64,000 nucleotides of DNA from Pseudomonadota bacterium (GCA_023390395.1 JAEWCY010000001.1:4515-68514); one strand, 5' to 3'. Shown: positions 1 through 10,215, counted from the first letter of the stretch. Program-made: numbers and translations. The notes: generated by a model not told the origin, from the letters alone.

Positions 1-143
1 CCCCTTCGATTCGAAGAGTGCCAGATATGGGCCATTTGTCCACCCCTTGCCGCCGGGCGCCCGGCGCTCCGCCCGGCCTCGCGCCGGGTGGAGGCGGGAG
101 ACGCCGACGCGCCTGGAGCCAGGCGGAAACGCAAGGGGCGTCA

Positions 144-980
144 ATGAGCAAGGAGAGCGCCCAGGACATGAGCGACAGCCCCAAGGTCTCCCTCGTCGTG
201 CCGACCTACAACCAGGCGGACTATCTCGGTCCCTGCCTGGACTCGATCATGTTTCAGGACTACCCCAACCTGGAAATCGTCGTCGTGTACGAAGCCGAGG
301 CCACGGACCACACCCGGGAGGTCATCGAGGACTTCCTGGCCAGCGTGCCGACGCAGCGGGTTTCCTACGCCTCGAACTACAACGAGGCCACGGGTGAGGT
401 CGAACGGACCGAGCACCACCGCTATCCGCAAAAGGGGCGCGAGATCGTGGTGCTGCGAAACGAGCGCAACAGGGGCGCCACCTTCGCCTACAACCTCGGC
501 TTCCAGGCCGCCACCGGCGAATACTGCACCTACATCGCCTCGGACGACCTCTGCCACCCGCAGATGGTCTCCACCCTGGCCGCGCCGCTTGCGGCCGACG
601 CCGCCGACTTCGTCTACTCCGACATGTTCGTCTTCGACGACCGGGGCCGCATCCTCAGGGAATTCAAGCTGCCGGACTACAGCTTCCGGGCCTGTTTCGG
701 AAACTGGTACCTCTGCGGCGTCTCCAAGCTCTACCGGCGCGCCCTGCACGAACGCTTCGGCTGGTACGACGACGGCTTCGTGGCCAACGACCACGAGTTC
801 TACCTGCGCCTGGCCCTGGGCGGCGCGCGCTTCCTGCACGTGCCCAAGACGCTTTATTCGGTGCGGATACACGAGAACCGGGAGATCGGGGTGCACAGCC
901 CGGCCAGCTGGGTGCGGCTGCTCGACGAATCCAAGTCCCTGGTGCGCCGGGCCCGCGCCGCCATGGCGAAGCCGGCCTGA
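144..980 (+). CDS. Glycosyltransferase family 2
   Basis: VSLVVPTYNQADYL N-terminus, NRGATFAYNLG, YIASDD (DxD-type) motif; start at 144 or 168. Confidence 0.9.
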   Translation: MSKESAQDMSDSPKVSLVVPTYNQADYLGPCLDSIMFQDYPNLEIVVVYEAEATDHTREVIEDFLASVPTQRVSYASNYNEATGEVERTEHHRYPQKGREIVVLRNERNRGATFAYNLGFQAATGEYCTYIASDDLCHPQMVSTLAAPLAADAADFVYSDMFVFDDRGRILREFKLPDYSFRACFGNWYLCGVSKLYRRALHERFGWYDDGFVANDHEFYLRLALGGARFLHVPKTLYSVRIHENREIGVHSPASWVRLLDESKSLVRRARAAMAKPA

Positions 981-999
981 CGTCCGCGCCATCCGGCGG

Positions 1000-1794
1000 T
1001 CAGGCTCCTTCGGGGGGCGCGGGCCGGACGTTTTCGCCCGCCGCCGCCGCCCCTGTCCAGCGATGGAACACGTGGGAGACCGCTTCCACGCGCGTCAGGC
1101 CGTTTTTCAGGTACCAGTTCAGGGACCGCCCCCCCGCGGCGTACACCTCGGTGCCGGCTTCCCGCAGGCCCGTGGCCGAGGCGGCGTGGGCGAGGATGCC
1201 GGCGGCGATCCCCCGGCCCCGGCTCCCTGGCTCCAGGGCCACGAGCTGGATGACCAGGCGCGCCGCCTGCCCGACGAAAAGGCACACGCCCACGGGCCGG
1301 CCCCGCAGAAGGGGAAACACGGCCCAGCCCGTGTCCTTTTCGAGCATGTCCAGCAGATAGCGATGCCAGAACGCCCCGGCCCTGTCCCGGCCGATGCGCG
1401 GGTCCATGTGGAAGCGCGAGGGCAGGTCCGCGAAAAGCTCCGGACACAGGCGGCGCGCCAGGCCGGGATCGCGTGAGTATTCCACCCCGGCCGCCGGCGC
1501 GGCCCCGAGGGCGGGGTCGAGGCGGCCCGAGAGGACCAGTTCCGTGTCCACGAAGGCGAAGCCCCGGCGCGCCAGGAACTCCCGCCAGCCCGGCAGGTCC
1601 GGGGAAGCGACCTTCATGGAGAAGAAAGCCGGCCCCGTCCCCGCTTCCGCCAGGCCCGCGGCCCGCTCTTCCGGCACGGCCTCGGCGAAGCCGTAGCAGG
1701 GAACGCCGAAGGCGGCGGCGTCGTGGGGCAGATACCGGAAGACGGCCCGCCTCCCGCCGTCGACCAGGGCCAGAAGGCGCGGCGGCTCAGGCAC
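1000..1794 (-). CDS. GNAT N-acetyltransferase, WecD/RffC-like (aminosugar acetyltransferase)
   Basis: SRFHMDPRI segment, acetyl-CoA motif SRGRGIA, LNWYLKNG; GTG start overlaps the WbqC stop. Confidence 0.7.
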   Translation of the reverse strand: MPEPPRLLALVDGGRRAVFRYLPHDAAAFGVPCYGFAEAVPEERAAGLAEAGTGPAFFSMKVASPDLPGWREFLARRGFAFVDTELVLSGRLDPALGAAPAAGVEYSRDPGLARRLCPELFADLPSRFHMDPRIGRDRAGAFWHRYLLDMLEKDTGWAVFPLLRGRPVGVCLFVGQAARLVIQLVALEPGSRGRGIAAGILAHAASATGLREAGTEVYAAGGRSLNWYLKNGLTRVEAVSHVFHRWTGAAAAGENVRPAPPEGA

Positions 1795-2479
1795 GGGGGG
1801 CCTCCTCCCCGGCGCTCCCGACGGGACAGGCCAGCATCAGGTAATCGAGCACGGACAGCCCGGGCTCGAAGGGGCCGTGGAGCTGGGGGTAGATGGGGTG
1901 CTCGAACGCCTGCCAAGCCACGGCGATGCCCTGCTGCCGAAACGCCGCCTCGTCCAGATAGTCGCGCGAGCCGACGCCGGTGAGGTACACGTCGCCGCCG
2001 GCCAGGCGGGTCAGCTCCACGAGCCGCCGCGTGGCCCGCAGCTCGCCGCAGCCGAACGTGGAAGCCAGGCAAAGCGGCGTGTCGATGCCGAGGACGCCCG
2101 CCGCGTACTCGAGCAGGAGCAGGTTGAACTCCATGAGGAACCGGCTGCCGCCCAGGTAGGCCCGCTCCAGAAAGGCGAAGTGGCGCTCGAAGTGGGGGGC
2201 CTTGCCGTAGCAGGAGCGGATGGTCCGCAGGTGCTTCCCGCGCCAGTCGAGGCCCTCCTCCAGGCGGACGTCGCGGATGGCCTGGGTGAAGTTGCCTTTT
2301 TTTTGCACGGGCAGGGTCAGCCACTGCACGCCGCCCGGCGTCTTGATCTTGTCCCGGTGCTGCCAGCCCCGGCGGATGAACTGCGCGTCGTCAAGGACGA
2401 CGTAGCGCTGGCTGCGCTTCCAACGGTCGAAAAAGCCCAGCCAGGGCAGAAAGTCGGGCTGGTGGATGGTGACGATCAC
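1787..2479 (-). CDS. WbqC-family protein
   Basis: IHQPDFLPWLGFF, LDDAQF..GWQHRDKI, YGKAPHF, YPQLHGPFEPGLSVLD; GTGA overlap with upstream stop. Confidence 0.9.
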   Translation of the reverse strand: MIVTIHQPDFLPWLGFFDRWKRSQRYVVLDDAQFIRRGWQHRDKIKTPGGVQWLTLPVQKKGNFTQAIRDVRLEEGLDWRGKHLRTIRSCYGKAPHFERHFAFLERAYLGGSRFLMEFNLLLLEYAAGVLGIDTPLCLASTFGCGELRATRRLVELTRLAGGDVYLTGVGSRDYLDEAAFRQQGIAVAWQAFEHPIYPQLHGPFEPGLSVLDYLMLACPVGSAGEEAPRA

Positions 2480-3102
2480 GCCAGGTACCGGATGATCTCG
2501 AACGACTCGGCGTACTGCACGCCGATTTTTTGCCCGTCGTTGCGGTTCTGGTGGGTGAAGAACTCGATCCAGGCGTAGCGGACGCGCTCCAGCTCGGAAC
2601 GATGGGCCTTGATGACCTCGATCTTGCGGTCCATGACCGGCGAGACGTCGGTGTAGAAATTTCCGGCGAAGGGCCGGTCGCTGTCGTAGTAGTTGCTGCG
2701 GTACATGAGGAAGCGCGGCACGTGCCGGCCGGCCATGAGGGCGCACTTGCCGGCGTACTGGTGGTCGCGATGGATGTCGTGGATCCAATGGCTGTAGACG
2801 GTGTCGATCTTGCGGCCGGTGATGAGCTTGTTGAGCTTGGCCGTGACGTCCTCGTCGAAATGGACGTGAAACGTGTCGATGTCGAAGCAGACGAGCTCCG
2901 CGCCGATGAGTTCCGCCGCCTTCCGTCCTTCGGCCAGGGCGGTCTCCCTGGCCCGGATCGGTTCGGCGTCGGAGTTGCTGTAGGCGGAGTTGGTGACCAC
3001 GACCATGGTCACCTTGTCGCCTCGTCGGACGTGATTGATGAGCGTTCCCGAACACCCCAGCTCCAGATCGTCGAAATGGGCTCCCACGCCGAGTACGTTC
3101 AT
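2476..3102 (-). CDS. PIG-L/LmbE-family N-deacetylase
   Basis: GAHFDDLELGCSGT metal motif, DIHRDH, AHRSE, YAESF. Confidence 0.9.
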   Translation of the reverse strand: MNVLGVGAHFDDLELGCSGTLINHVRRGDKVTMVVVTNSAYSNSDAEPIRARETALAEGRKAAELIGAELVCFDIDTFHVHFDEDVTAKLNKLITGRKIDTVYSHWIHDIHRDHQYAGKCALMAGRHVPRFLMYRSNYYDSDRPFAGNFYTDVSPVMDRKIEVIKAHRSELERVRYAWIEFFTHQNRNDGQKIGVQYAESFEIIRYLA

Positions 3103-3118
3103 GCCGCCTTGTCCTTTG

Positions 3119-3847
3119 CTACCGGGAGAAATAATCCGGGTTCCTGGTCAGGAAGAATTCGATCATGTCGATGTCGTACTGGGAATGCACGTCCGTGGCC
3201 TCGATCTCGTCAATCTCGCAACAATAGACCAGCGGCTTGCCCGGAAACGTGTTTCGGATGTTCTGAAAGAACGTGTTGCCGAGCGTCTGGTACACCGGGG
3301 TCATGACCTGCCGGTTGACGCCGTGCACATGCCAGAGGGGAAAAAGGGAGCCGTCGGGCATGCCGATCTTGAGGTCGCCGTCCACGCGGATGGCGGGATA
3401 GACCAGGCGCGCCTTGCGCTGCTCCAACAGGGCGAGCATCCTCGAAAACGTCGAGGCGCGCATCATGCAGTTGTTGCAGTTGAGGTTCATGGTCGTCTCG
3501 CCGAGATAGTCGAAGCGCACCATCCAGCTGGCGTTGACGTCCGGCACGGGCGCGTCGATGTCCCGGGCCACGTGGCGGACGATGAGCTCCCAGGCCCCGC
3601 TCAGGTCGAAGCGCGGGTCCTGGTAGGACACGAAGCGCCCGGGGCGGGGGATGACGCTCCAGCCCGCGTCCAGCACGGCCTGGGCGATCTCGTCGTCCTC
3701 GGTGAAGACGTAGTGCCGGTCGAGGGTTCCGCTCTGCTTGAGGGAGGCCAGGGGATAGGAGATCAACGGCCGGCCCAGGATGGGGCGCTTGTTCTTCCCT
3801 TCCAGCGTGGACCCCTTGCCCCGGGCCCAGGTGATTCCGATCTTCAT
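3119..3847 (-). CDS. Acylneuraminate cytidylyltransferase-like protein (NeuA/CMAS fold, divergent)
   Basis: ARGKGSTLEGKNKRPILGRPLISY, VFTEDDEIA, C-terminal ATDVHSQYD resembling SIDIDTxxD. Confidence 0.75.
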   Translation of the reverse strand: MKIGITWARGKGSTLEGKNKRPILGRPLISYPLASLKQSGTLDRHYVFTEDDEIAQAVLDAGWSVIPRPGRFVSYQDPRFDLSGAWELIVRHVARDIDAPVPDVNASWMVRFDYLGETTMNLNCNNCMMRASTFSRMLALLEQRKARLVYPAIRVDGDLKIGMPDGSLFPLWHVHGVNRQVMTPVYQTLGNTFFQNIRNTFPGKPLVYCCEIDEIEATDVHSQYDIDMIEFFLTRNPDYFSR

Positions 3848-4022
3848 AGGCCTGCTGCCGTGGCGGCTTGCCGCGGGCGTTTCCGCCCGGCTGCGGTTGG
3901 CGATGCCTCGCGCCGGCCCTCGCCCGAGGGCGGCTTCCTTCCGTCGGGGCGCAGGCGCGCCGCGACCGGCATCGCTCGTGTCGCGTCACCGAAAAAGCGC
4001 ATGCTCTTCAAGGGATGCCGCC

Positions 4023-5603
4023 CTAGTCGAGAAAATCCGGCTGGCCCTTCAGGAAGCGCGAGCCGATGCGGATGCTGTCGCAATACGCCCGCGTGGCGTA
4101 CTGCGGCAGATAGTAGGGCCTGACGATGTCCCAGAAGCGCTGTTGCAGGGCGCGGTCCTCGTCGTCCTCGACCCAGGTCCCCCGGGTGCGCGCCTCCATC
4201 TCCCGGACGGCGTCGAGGATCTCCTCCGGGGTGTTTTCCCGCAGCTCCACGCCGTTTTCCTCGAACTGGGTGGTCATGGCGTAAAAGGCCGCCCCGGTGG
4301 CGAAGATCTCCCGCAGGCGCAGCGGCCGCCCGAGGGCCTTGGACCAGTGGTGCCGGAAGATGTAGAGGATGTTGGGGCGCAGCAGCCGGTATTCCGTGTT
4401 CACGCTGACCATGGGCCGCCGAAAGACCAGGGGCGGCGTGTCCAGGCCGTAGCCGGTGGTGATGAAGAAGCGGCAGGTGGCCCCCAGGTAGATGTCGAGG
4501 AATTCGCTGCGCGCCGGGGAATTGGCGTAGTCGAAGGCGTGGGGCGTCATGGATTCGGGCAGGGGCCTGGCCTTGGACCCCATGCGCACCACGGCGTAGC
4601 CCGCCTCGTGCAGAAAGCGCACCGCCGGCAGGGCGTTGGCGATGTCCGCGTTGCGAAAGGCGTGCAGGTCGAGCTGCCGCCTGGCGTCCTTGTCGTCCGG
4701 CCTGCCGTACAGGCCCAGCCGGACCGTGCTGTCGAACAGGCCGTCCCGGAAGCCCAGGCAGACGAAGGGCTTGTCCACGTCGACGCCCAGGGCCGCCGCC
4801 CGCTCCCGGCCCTGCCGCGCTTCGTCGGGGTCGAAGGCGACGCTGCACTCCCTTTGCGTGATGAGCGTCGCATAATCCCAGGGCCGCAGGTGCAGGGCGT
4901 GCCGGTCGCCGCCCGGAATATAGTGGTTCCACGTCAAGAGGTAGCGGGCCAGGGGGACGACGCAGACCTTGCGCCGGTACATCTTGAGGATCTGGGCGTT
5001 GCAGGGCGTGTCCTTGTAGCAGAACACGTCCAGGCAGCGGGGGGGAAATTCGCCGGCGCGCTTCTTGCCGAGATAGATCTCCAGCTCCTCGTAATGGCCC
5101 AGGGCCGACGGGCGCATGGGCTCGAAGCGCACCAGGAGCAGCGGGGCCATGAGGCGCACCAGCAGGTACAGGGGCAGGGCCAGCCAGTGCAGCGGGGAAA
5201 GGGCCAGATCGACCCTGGTGAAGGGATGGGTCAGGCGCTGGCGCAGGTCCACCGGCTGGGCGGTCTTCGAGAAGAGGAAGGCGGCGTATCGCTTCCTGGC
5301 CAGGCGCAGGTAGAAATGCACGGCCAGAAAGACGTTGTCGTGGCCGAGCCAGCTGCCGTAGACGATGTAGACCACGTCGGGCCGCCAGCCAAGCAGGGCC
5401 TTGGCCAGGCTCTTGTTGCGGATGTCGAGCTGGCCCTCGAAGGCGCGCACCCGCACGTTCGGGCCCGCCAACCCGGCGTTGGCCGCGCCCTTGGCCAGCA
5501 CGAGGACCTCCCCGTGCCGCCCGGCCGCTTCCCTGACGCAGGCGGCCACGTAGGCGGCCGGCGCGCTCCCGATGACGAGCGCCCGTTGCGACGATTTCTC
5601 CAT
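4023..5603 (-). CDS. Putative glycosyltransferase, TIGR04372-like
   Basis: FVCLGFRD, FRNADIAN, GYAVVRMG, DIYLGATCRFFITTGYGL, ENTPEEI motifs; ATG at 5603 (alternative TTG at 5654). Confidence 0.75.
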   Translation of the reverse strand: MEKSSQRALVIGSAPAAYVAACVREAAGRHGEVLVLAKGAANAGLAGPNVRVRAFEGQLDIRNKSLAKALLGWRPDVVYIVYGSWLGHDNVFLAVHFYLRLARKRYAAFLFSKTAQPVDLRQRLTHPFTRVDLALSPLHWLALPLYLLVRLMAPLLLVRFEPMRPSALGHYEELEIYLGKKRAGEFPPRCLDVFCYKDTPCNAQILKMYRRKVCVVPLARYLLTWNHYIPGGDRHALHLRPWDYATLITQRECSVAFDPDEARQGRERAAALGVDVDKPFVCLGFRDGLFDSTVRLGLYGRPDDKDARRQLDLHAFRNADIANALPAVRFLHEAGYAVVRMGSKARPLPESMTPHAFDYANSPARSEFLDIYLGATCRFFITTGYGLDTPPLVFRRPMVSVNTEYRLLRPNILYIFRHHWSKALGRPLRLREIFATGAAFYAMTTQFEENGVELRENTPEEILDAVREMEARTRGTWVEDDEDRALQQRFWDIVRPYYLPQYATRAYCDSIRIGSRFLKGQPDFLD

Positions 5604-5650
5604 TCCCCTCGCTTCCCCCGCCGTTTCCCGTTGTCCGCCGCGCCCCGGGC

Positions 5651-6655
5651 TCAACTGGCGGCCTCCCCGGCCGCGAACCAGGCGTCCAGGCTTTCCCCCA
5701 GGGTCTCCGCCGTCACGTCGCGCACGATATGGCGGGGAATCTGCCAGGGGTCGGTCTGCGGCCCGACCAGGCCGGCGAAATTGGAAACCGCCAGGACGCA
5801 GCCGCTTTCCCTGGCCGCCCGCACCGAGAACGCGTCGTAGTCCGTGCGCCCGCCGAAGGGATAGGAGAACTCGCGAACGGGCGCGCCCAGCAGCTCTTCC
5901 AGCCGGGCCCTGGACCGGGCGATCTCCTCGCGCTGGTCCGCCTCGGCAAGCTGGGACAGCCTGGCGTGGCGCACGGTGTGCGCCCCGACCGTGGTCATGG
6001 GACCTTCGGCCAGGCTTCGCAATTCGTCAAGGCGCAGCGGCCGGTGGGTCTCCCGGGCCTCGGGCCCGAACCCGGCCATATGGCGCACGCGCTCCAGGGC
6101 CTCGAAACGCTCTGCCTCGTCCAGCCGTCGCAGGAAGACGTAGAGCTGGCGGTAGAGGCCGTGCCGGGGCGAGGGGTCTTCCTTCATGAGAACGTTCCAG
6201 CCGGCGTGGGCCCGGGCCTCGTCCGGGCCGTAGGTCGCGGCCGGGCCGAGGGCGAAGGCCAGGGTTTCCCCGCCGGCGGTCAGGGCGAAGTCCCCGGGCA
6301 GCGTCCCGGGGGTGAGCGTCAGGCGCTCCAGCTCGTCCCACCAGAATTCCCGCTCGGCCCCCACCATGCCGCTGACCGCGAACACGGTGGCGGGCACGCC
6401 GCGACGCTCCAGGAGCGGCTTGGCGTACAGGGCGTTGTCCGCGTAGCCGTCGTCGAAGGTCACGGCCACGGCCCGGGGCGGCAGGGCGTCCCGGGCGGCC
6501 AGGCGCAGCATCTCGGCCAGGGGCAGGGGCGCGCAGGTCCGGGAAAGCGTTTCCAGATGCGCCTCGAAACGTTCCGGGCGCACCATCAGGAGCTGGGGGT
6601 CCGGCATGACCGGGTGCACCCGATGGTAGAGCAGCACGAGTCCTTTTGCGCTCAT
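5651..6655 (-). CDS. Polysaccharide deacetylase (NodB/CE4)
   Basis: LLYHRV, VTFDDGYADN, GAHTVRH, FSYPFG; ATGA overlap. Confidence 0.9.
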   Translation of the reverse strand: MSAKGLVLLYHRVHPVMPDPQLLMVRPERFEAHLETLSRTCAPLPLAEMLRLAARDALPPRAVAVTFDDGYADNALYAKPLLERRGVPATVFAVSGMVGAEREFWWDELERLTLTPGTLPGDFALTAGGETLAFALGPAATYGPDEARAHAGWNVLMKEDPSPRHGLYRQLYVFLRRLDEAERFEALERVRHMAGFGPEARETHRPLRLDELRSLAEGPMTTVGAHTVRHARLSQLAEADQREEIARSRARLEELLGAPVREFSYPFGGRTDYDAFSVRAARESGCVLAVSNFAGLVGPQTDPWQIPRHIVRDVTAETLGESLDAWFAAGEAAS

Positions 6656-7353
6656 GCGGGGCAGGCCTCCTTTTGGGCGCGCATGACGAGCAGCAGCTGG
6701 TAGTCCGGGTCCACCGCGTCCAGCTCGTTCCTGGTCAGCTCCTGTTCGGCCAGGCCGTGCAGGAAGGCCGTGCAGGCCAGCACGTTGCCCCGGACGCCCA
6801 CGGCCGTCAGGTCGGGGCGGAAGGCCGTTTCCAGGGCCTTGCGGGCGGACAGGTCCGTGAAGCGCCACAGGTCGCCCCAGCGGTCCATGTCGTAGCGGCT
6901 GATCTGGCTGACGCCCGGCACGGTGGCCAGGAGCACGCCGCCGGGCGCGAGGATGCGGTGGAGATTGCGCACCGCGGCGCTGACGTCGAAAATGAACTGC
7001 AGGGTCTGGGTCAGGATGATGCAGTCGAAGGCGTCGGACGCGATCGCGTCCTCGGCCCGGGCCAGGTCCGCGCAGATGGTGGCGTGCCTGGCCCCGGGCT
7101 CCAGGTGCAGCACGTCGGAGCGGGTCACGGCCGGGCCGCCGAACTTCGCGGTGTAGGTCCCGTCCTCGACCTCCAGGACGCGGCCGCGGATGTCGGTGCG
7201 GTGGGCGTCGAGAAAGCCCTCGATGTAGTAGCGGTCGATGCAGCGGCCCCGGTCCAGCCCGAACACCCGGCTGAAGGGCGTGGTCCTGCGCAGGTCGCCC
7301 CAGGCCACGGCCGCCGTGGGGCCGTCGTCGCCCCTTCCCTTGCCGTCATGCAT
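6652..7353 (-). CDS. Class I SAM-dependent methyltransferase
   Basis: FGLDRGRCIDRYYIE, GRVLEV, FDCIILTQTLQF, LAPGGVLL. Confidence 0.85.
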   Translation of the reverse strand: MHDGKGRGDDGPTAAVAWGDLRRTTPFSRVFGLDRGRCIDRYYIEGFLDAHRTDIRGRVLEVEDGTYTAKFGGPAVTRSDVLHLEPGARHATICADLARAEDAIASDAFDCIILTQTLQFIFDVSAAVRNLHRILAPGGVLLATVPGVSQISRYDMDRWGDLWRFTDLSARKALETAFRPDLTAVGVRGNVLACTAFLHGLAEQELTRNELDAVDPDYQLLLVMRAQKEACPA

Positions 7354-8686
7354 GTCCGCCTCCGCGCGTCGTGTCGAGGATTTCGCGAAACCAGGCCTCG
7401 TAGGCGTCGGCCTGGCGCTCGAGGGTGAACCGTTCCAGGGCGTCGCGCCGGGCGTTTTCGCCCAGTCGCGCCAGAAGCGTCGCGTCGCCGGCCAGGAGGG
7501 AAAGGCCGCGGCGAAACGCCTCCAGGTCGCCCACGGGCGTGAGGATGCCCGTGGCCCGGTCCGGGCCGGCCGTGTCGTGAGGGCCTCCCCGCCCGGTGTC
7601 CAGGCTCCTGACCTGCTCGGGGATGCCGCCGGCGGCCGTGGCCGCCACCGGCGTGCCCGAGGCCAGGGCCTCGAGCACCGCCGTGGGAAAGGTGTCCATC
7701 TTGGCGGCGTGCAGGTACAGGTCCGCCGCCCGGTTGAGTTCCGCCACCAGCCCCCGGTCGTCGGTGAAGGGCAAAAAGCGGATCTCCGCCCGGCCGTGGC
7801 GCTCGGTCTCCCCCTCCCCGCCCAGGGCGACCAGGACCAGGGGCGCGCCGCACCACGAGCGCGTGAGCCCCATGAGCGCGCCGCGCAGCAGCTCGAAGTC
7901 CCGAAACGGGTTGTTCCTGACCATGAACGAGGAAAAAAGGAGCACCACCGCCTCCCGGGGGAGCCCCAGGCGATGGCGGGCCAGGGCCTTGTCCCCGGGC
8001 CGGAAGAGCTCCGGCGACACCCCGCAGGGGATGACCCTGGCGCTCGCCGCCGCCGGGGCGAGCATGGACCGCCCGACCCTGTCCATGAGCCAGGCGCAGG
8101 GCGTGGCCACATGGAGCCGGCTTTTCGCGAAAAGGGCCTTCTTGCGCCGGAAGTTGGCGGCCGTGGCGTCGCGCCGCACCGGCGGGTAGATCGCCAGGTC
8201 CGGGCAGTCCCCGCAGCCGGTCTCCCAGCGGCCGCAGCCCAGGGGATGGGCGCAGTGGCCGCCGAGCAGCCAGGAATCGTGCAGGGTGAGCGCCACCGGC
8301 AGCCGGGCGGAGAGCCCCGGCAGGGCCCGCAGATCGAAGTAGCCGCCGTGCAGGTTGTGGCCGTGCAGCAGGTCGGGCCGGCGGGGAGGGAGGTCGAGGA
8401 GGCCGGCCGTGGCCGGAAAGGCGAAGTCCTCGTGGCCCAGGGCCAGGCCGATGCGCCGGCGCAGGCGCGCCAGGGGGCCCAGGCCGCTCTCCCGGCCCAG
8501 CCGCCTGGCCGAGCCGGACCGCGCCCCCTCCGGCGAAAGGAGGAACACGTCCGGATCATCGCTCGCTTTGACGGCCGTGGCGATCCAGGATTCGTGGCCC
8601 CTGGCCTTCCAGGCGGCGTGCAACTCCCAGCACACCCCGGCGGCCCCGCCGACGCGGTCCGTGGTGGAAACCTGCAAGATCCTCAA
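7346..8686 (-). CDS. Glycosyltransferase family 4 (WcaC-like)
   Basis: ILQVSTTDRVGGAA, HNLHGGY, TLHDSW..GHC, DTFPTAVLEALASGTPV, GGIPEQV; TTG start after GAGGAGG. Confidence 0.88.
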   Translation of the reverse strand: MRILQVSTTDRVGGAAGVCWELHAAWKARGHESWIATAVKASDDPDVFLLSPEGARSGSARRLGRESGLGPLARLRRRIGLALGHEDFAFPATAGLLDLPPRRPDLLHGHNLHGGYFDLRALPGLSARLPVALTLHDSWLLGGHCAHPLGCGRWETGCGDCPDLAIYPPVRRDATAANFRRKKALFAKSRLHVATPCAWLMDRVGRSMLAPAAASARVIPCGVSPELFRPGDKALARHRLGLPREAVVLLFSSFMVRNNPFRDFELLRGALMGLTRSWCGAPLVLVALGGEGETERHGRAEIRFLPFTDDRGLVAELNRAADLYLHAAKMDTFPTAVLEALASGTPVAATAAGGIPEQVRSLDTGRGGPHDTAGPDRATGILTPVGDLEAFRRGLSLLAGDATLLARLGENARRDALERFTLERQADAYEAWFREILDTTRGGGHA

Positions 8687-8778
8687 TCCGCCTCCTCGTC
8701 CGATGCCGCCATTCCCCGGGGCGCGGCCTCGCCCGCGCCCGCCTCCCGCGTCCGTCGCCAGGCCCTGGCCGCGCGGCC

Positions 8779-10215
8779 TCAGGCCACCCGGGCCGCGAGC
8801 CCGAGCTGCCGGATGCGCGCATGGATGGCGTCGTGCTCGTAGGAGGCGATGAAGATGTAGTCCACGTCCATGGCGGCCAGCGCCTGCGGAGAAACGACCG
8901 TCAGGCCGTCCACCTCCCGCCCCCAGGCCCCGGGGGAGCCGTCCGTGAGCGCAAGGCGCGCCGCCCCCTGGCCGAGCCTCGCGACGCCGGCCGAAAACAC
9001 CGCCTGATAGCGGCCGCCCACGCCCCAGACGGCGATGGCCGGGGGGCTGTCCATGGCCCGGCACACGGCCGCGAAGGCCTCGGCCCCGGGCCCGGGCGAC
9101 TGGCCGGCGCAGGCGGCCAGGAACAGGAACACGTTGCGCAGCAAGGCGGCGTTGAGCTTGTCCCGGGTGGCGAAGGCGCGGATGCGGGGCAGCATGTCCC
9201 GGACGAAATCCGCGAGCATCGCCTCCTTCTGGGCCGGCAGCAGCAGCGCCTCCATGGTTTCCGTCCACTTGGCCAGGGTCTCGGACGATTCGATCTGGGA
9301 CAGCAGGTCCCGCGCCACGTAGGCATCGAGGAAGCGCCGCACCACGTAGTGGGAGACGTGGGGAAAGTGCGGCACGTGGGCGTGGTCCCCGCAAAAGGGC
9401 TCGTGGGAGCGCAGCTCGTCGATGACGATCTCGTAGGCCGGGAAATAACGGCGGTCCTTGCCGGCGTTTTTCTCCAGGAACGTGTGCAGGGCCACCCGCA
9501 TGATGGCCTTGCCCAGGTTGTCCTCCACGTAGGGCGAACCCTTGTCCGTCTCGTGCTCCTCGGCGCACAGGGGATGGAACATGTAGCGCATGGGCGAGAG
9601 CATGAAGAGCATGGTCAGGGGCTTGCCGTCGCGGATGCGCAGCACGTACTCCGTCACCCGCTCGAGCTGGGCCACCTCGTGCTCCACGGTGTTGCGGTGG
9701 TGCTCGTAGTCGCAGCGCGGCATCTTGGCCGTGACCGCCACGCACTGCCCCGTGGCCTTGAGGCGCACCACGCGCGGCGTGCCCGTGACCAGCAGGAGAT
9801 GCGTGCAGTTGCGGATCGCCCCGGCGCATTGCGCGTCCAGCACGGCCAGCTGGCCCAGGACCTCGTCCTTGCGCTCCACCGGGAAGCGCTGGTCGAAGTA
9901 GTAGCGGAAGGGCCGAAATCCGCCCAGGGCGTCGGGATAGAAATACAGGTCGTCCTCGGTGTGGGGCGCGCCGCCGGCCACGCCTTCCAGGAGGTTGGCC
10001 AGGGATTCGGTGCTGAAATGAAACCCGGTGCGCCACTCGAAGAAGCTGTTGAGCCCGAGGCCGCGCAGGGCCTCGTTGTGCAGGTGCCAGGCGAAGCAGG
10101 AGCCGAGCAGGCACAGCGCGTCCGACGACCGGGTCAGCAGGGGCGTGCGGGGCAGCTCCACGAGCCGGCGCACGTAGGGCGCGGTGTCCTCGAAAATGGC
10201 GATGGAATCCGTCAC
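8779..10215 (-). CDS. GSCFA-domain protein (SGNH-like) with C-terminal small Rossmann-like domain
   Basis: LGSCFAWHL, LSPMR, YFPAYEIVIDELR; C-terminal AVWGVGG..DVDYIFIAS; GTGA overlap. Confidence 0.8.
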   Translation of the reverse strand: MTDSIAIFEDTAPYVRRLVELPRTPLLTRSSDALCLLGSCFAWHLHNEALRGLGLNSFFEWRTGFHFSTESLANLLEGVAGGAPHTEDDLYFYPDALGGFRPFRYYFDQRFPVERKDEVLGQLAVLDAQCAGAIRNCTHLLLVTGTPRVVRLKATGQCVAVTAKMPRCDYEHHRNTVEHEVAQLERVTEYVLRIRDGKPLTMLFMLSPMRYMFHPLCAEEHETDKGSPYVEDNLGKAIMRVALHTFLEKNAGKDRRYFPAYEIVIDELRSHEPFCGDHAHVPHFPHVSHYVVRRFLDAYVARDLLSQIESSETLAKWTETMEALLLPAQKEAMLADFVRDMLPRIRAFATRDKLNAALLRNVFLFLAACAGQSPGPGAEAFAAVCRAMDSPPAIAVWGVGGRYQAVFSAGVARLGQGAARLALTDGSPGAWGREVDGLTVVSPQALAAMDVDYIFIASYEHDAIHARIRQLGLAARVA

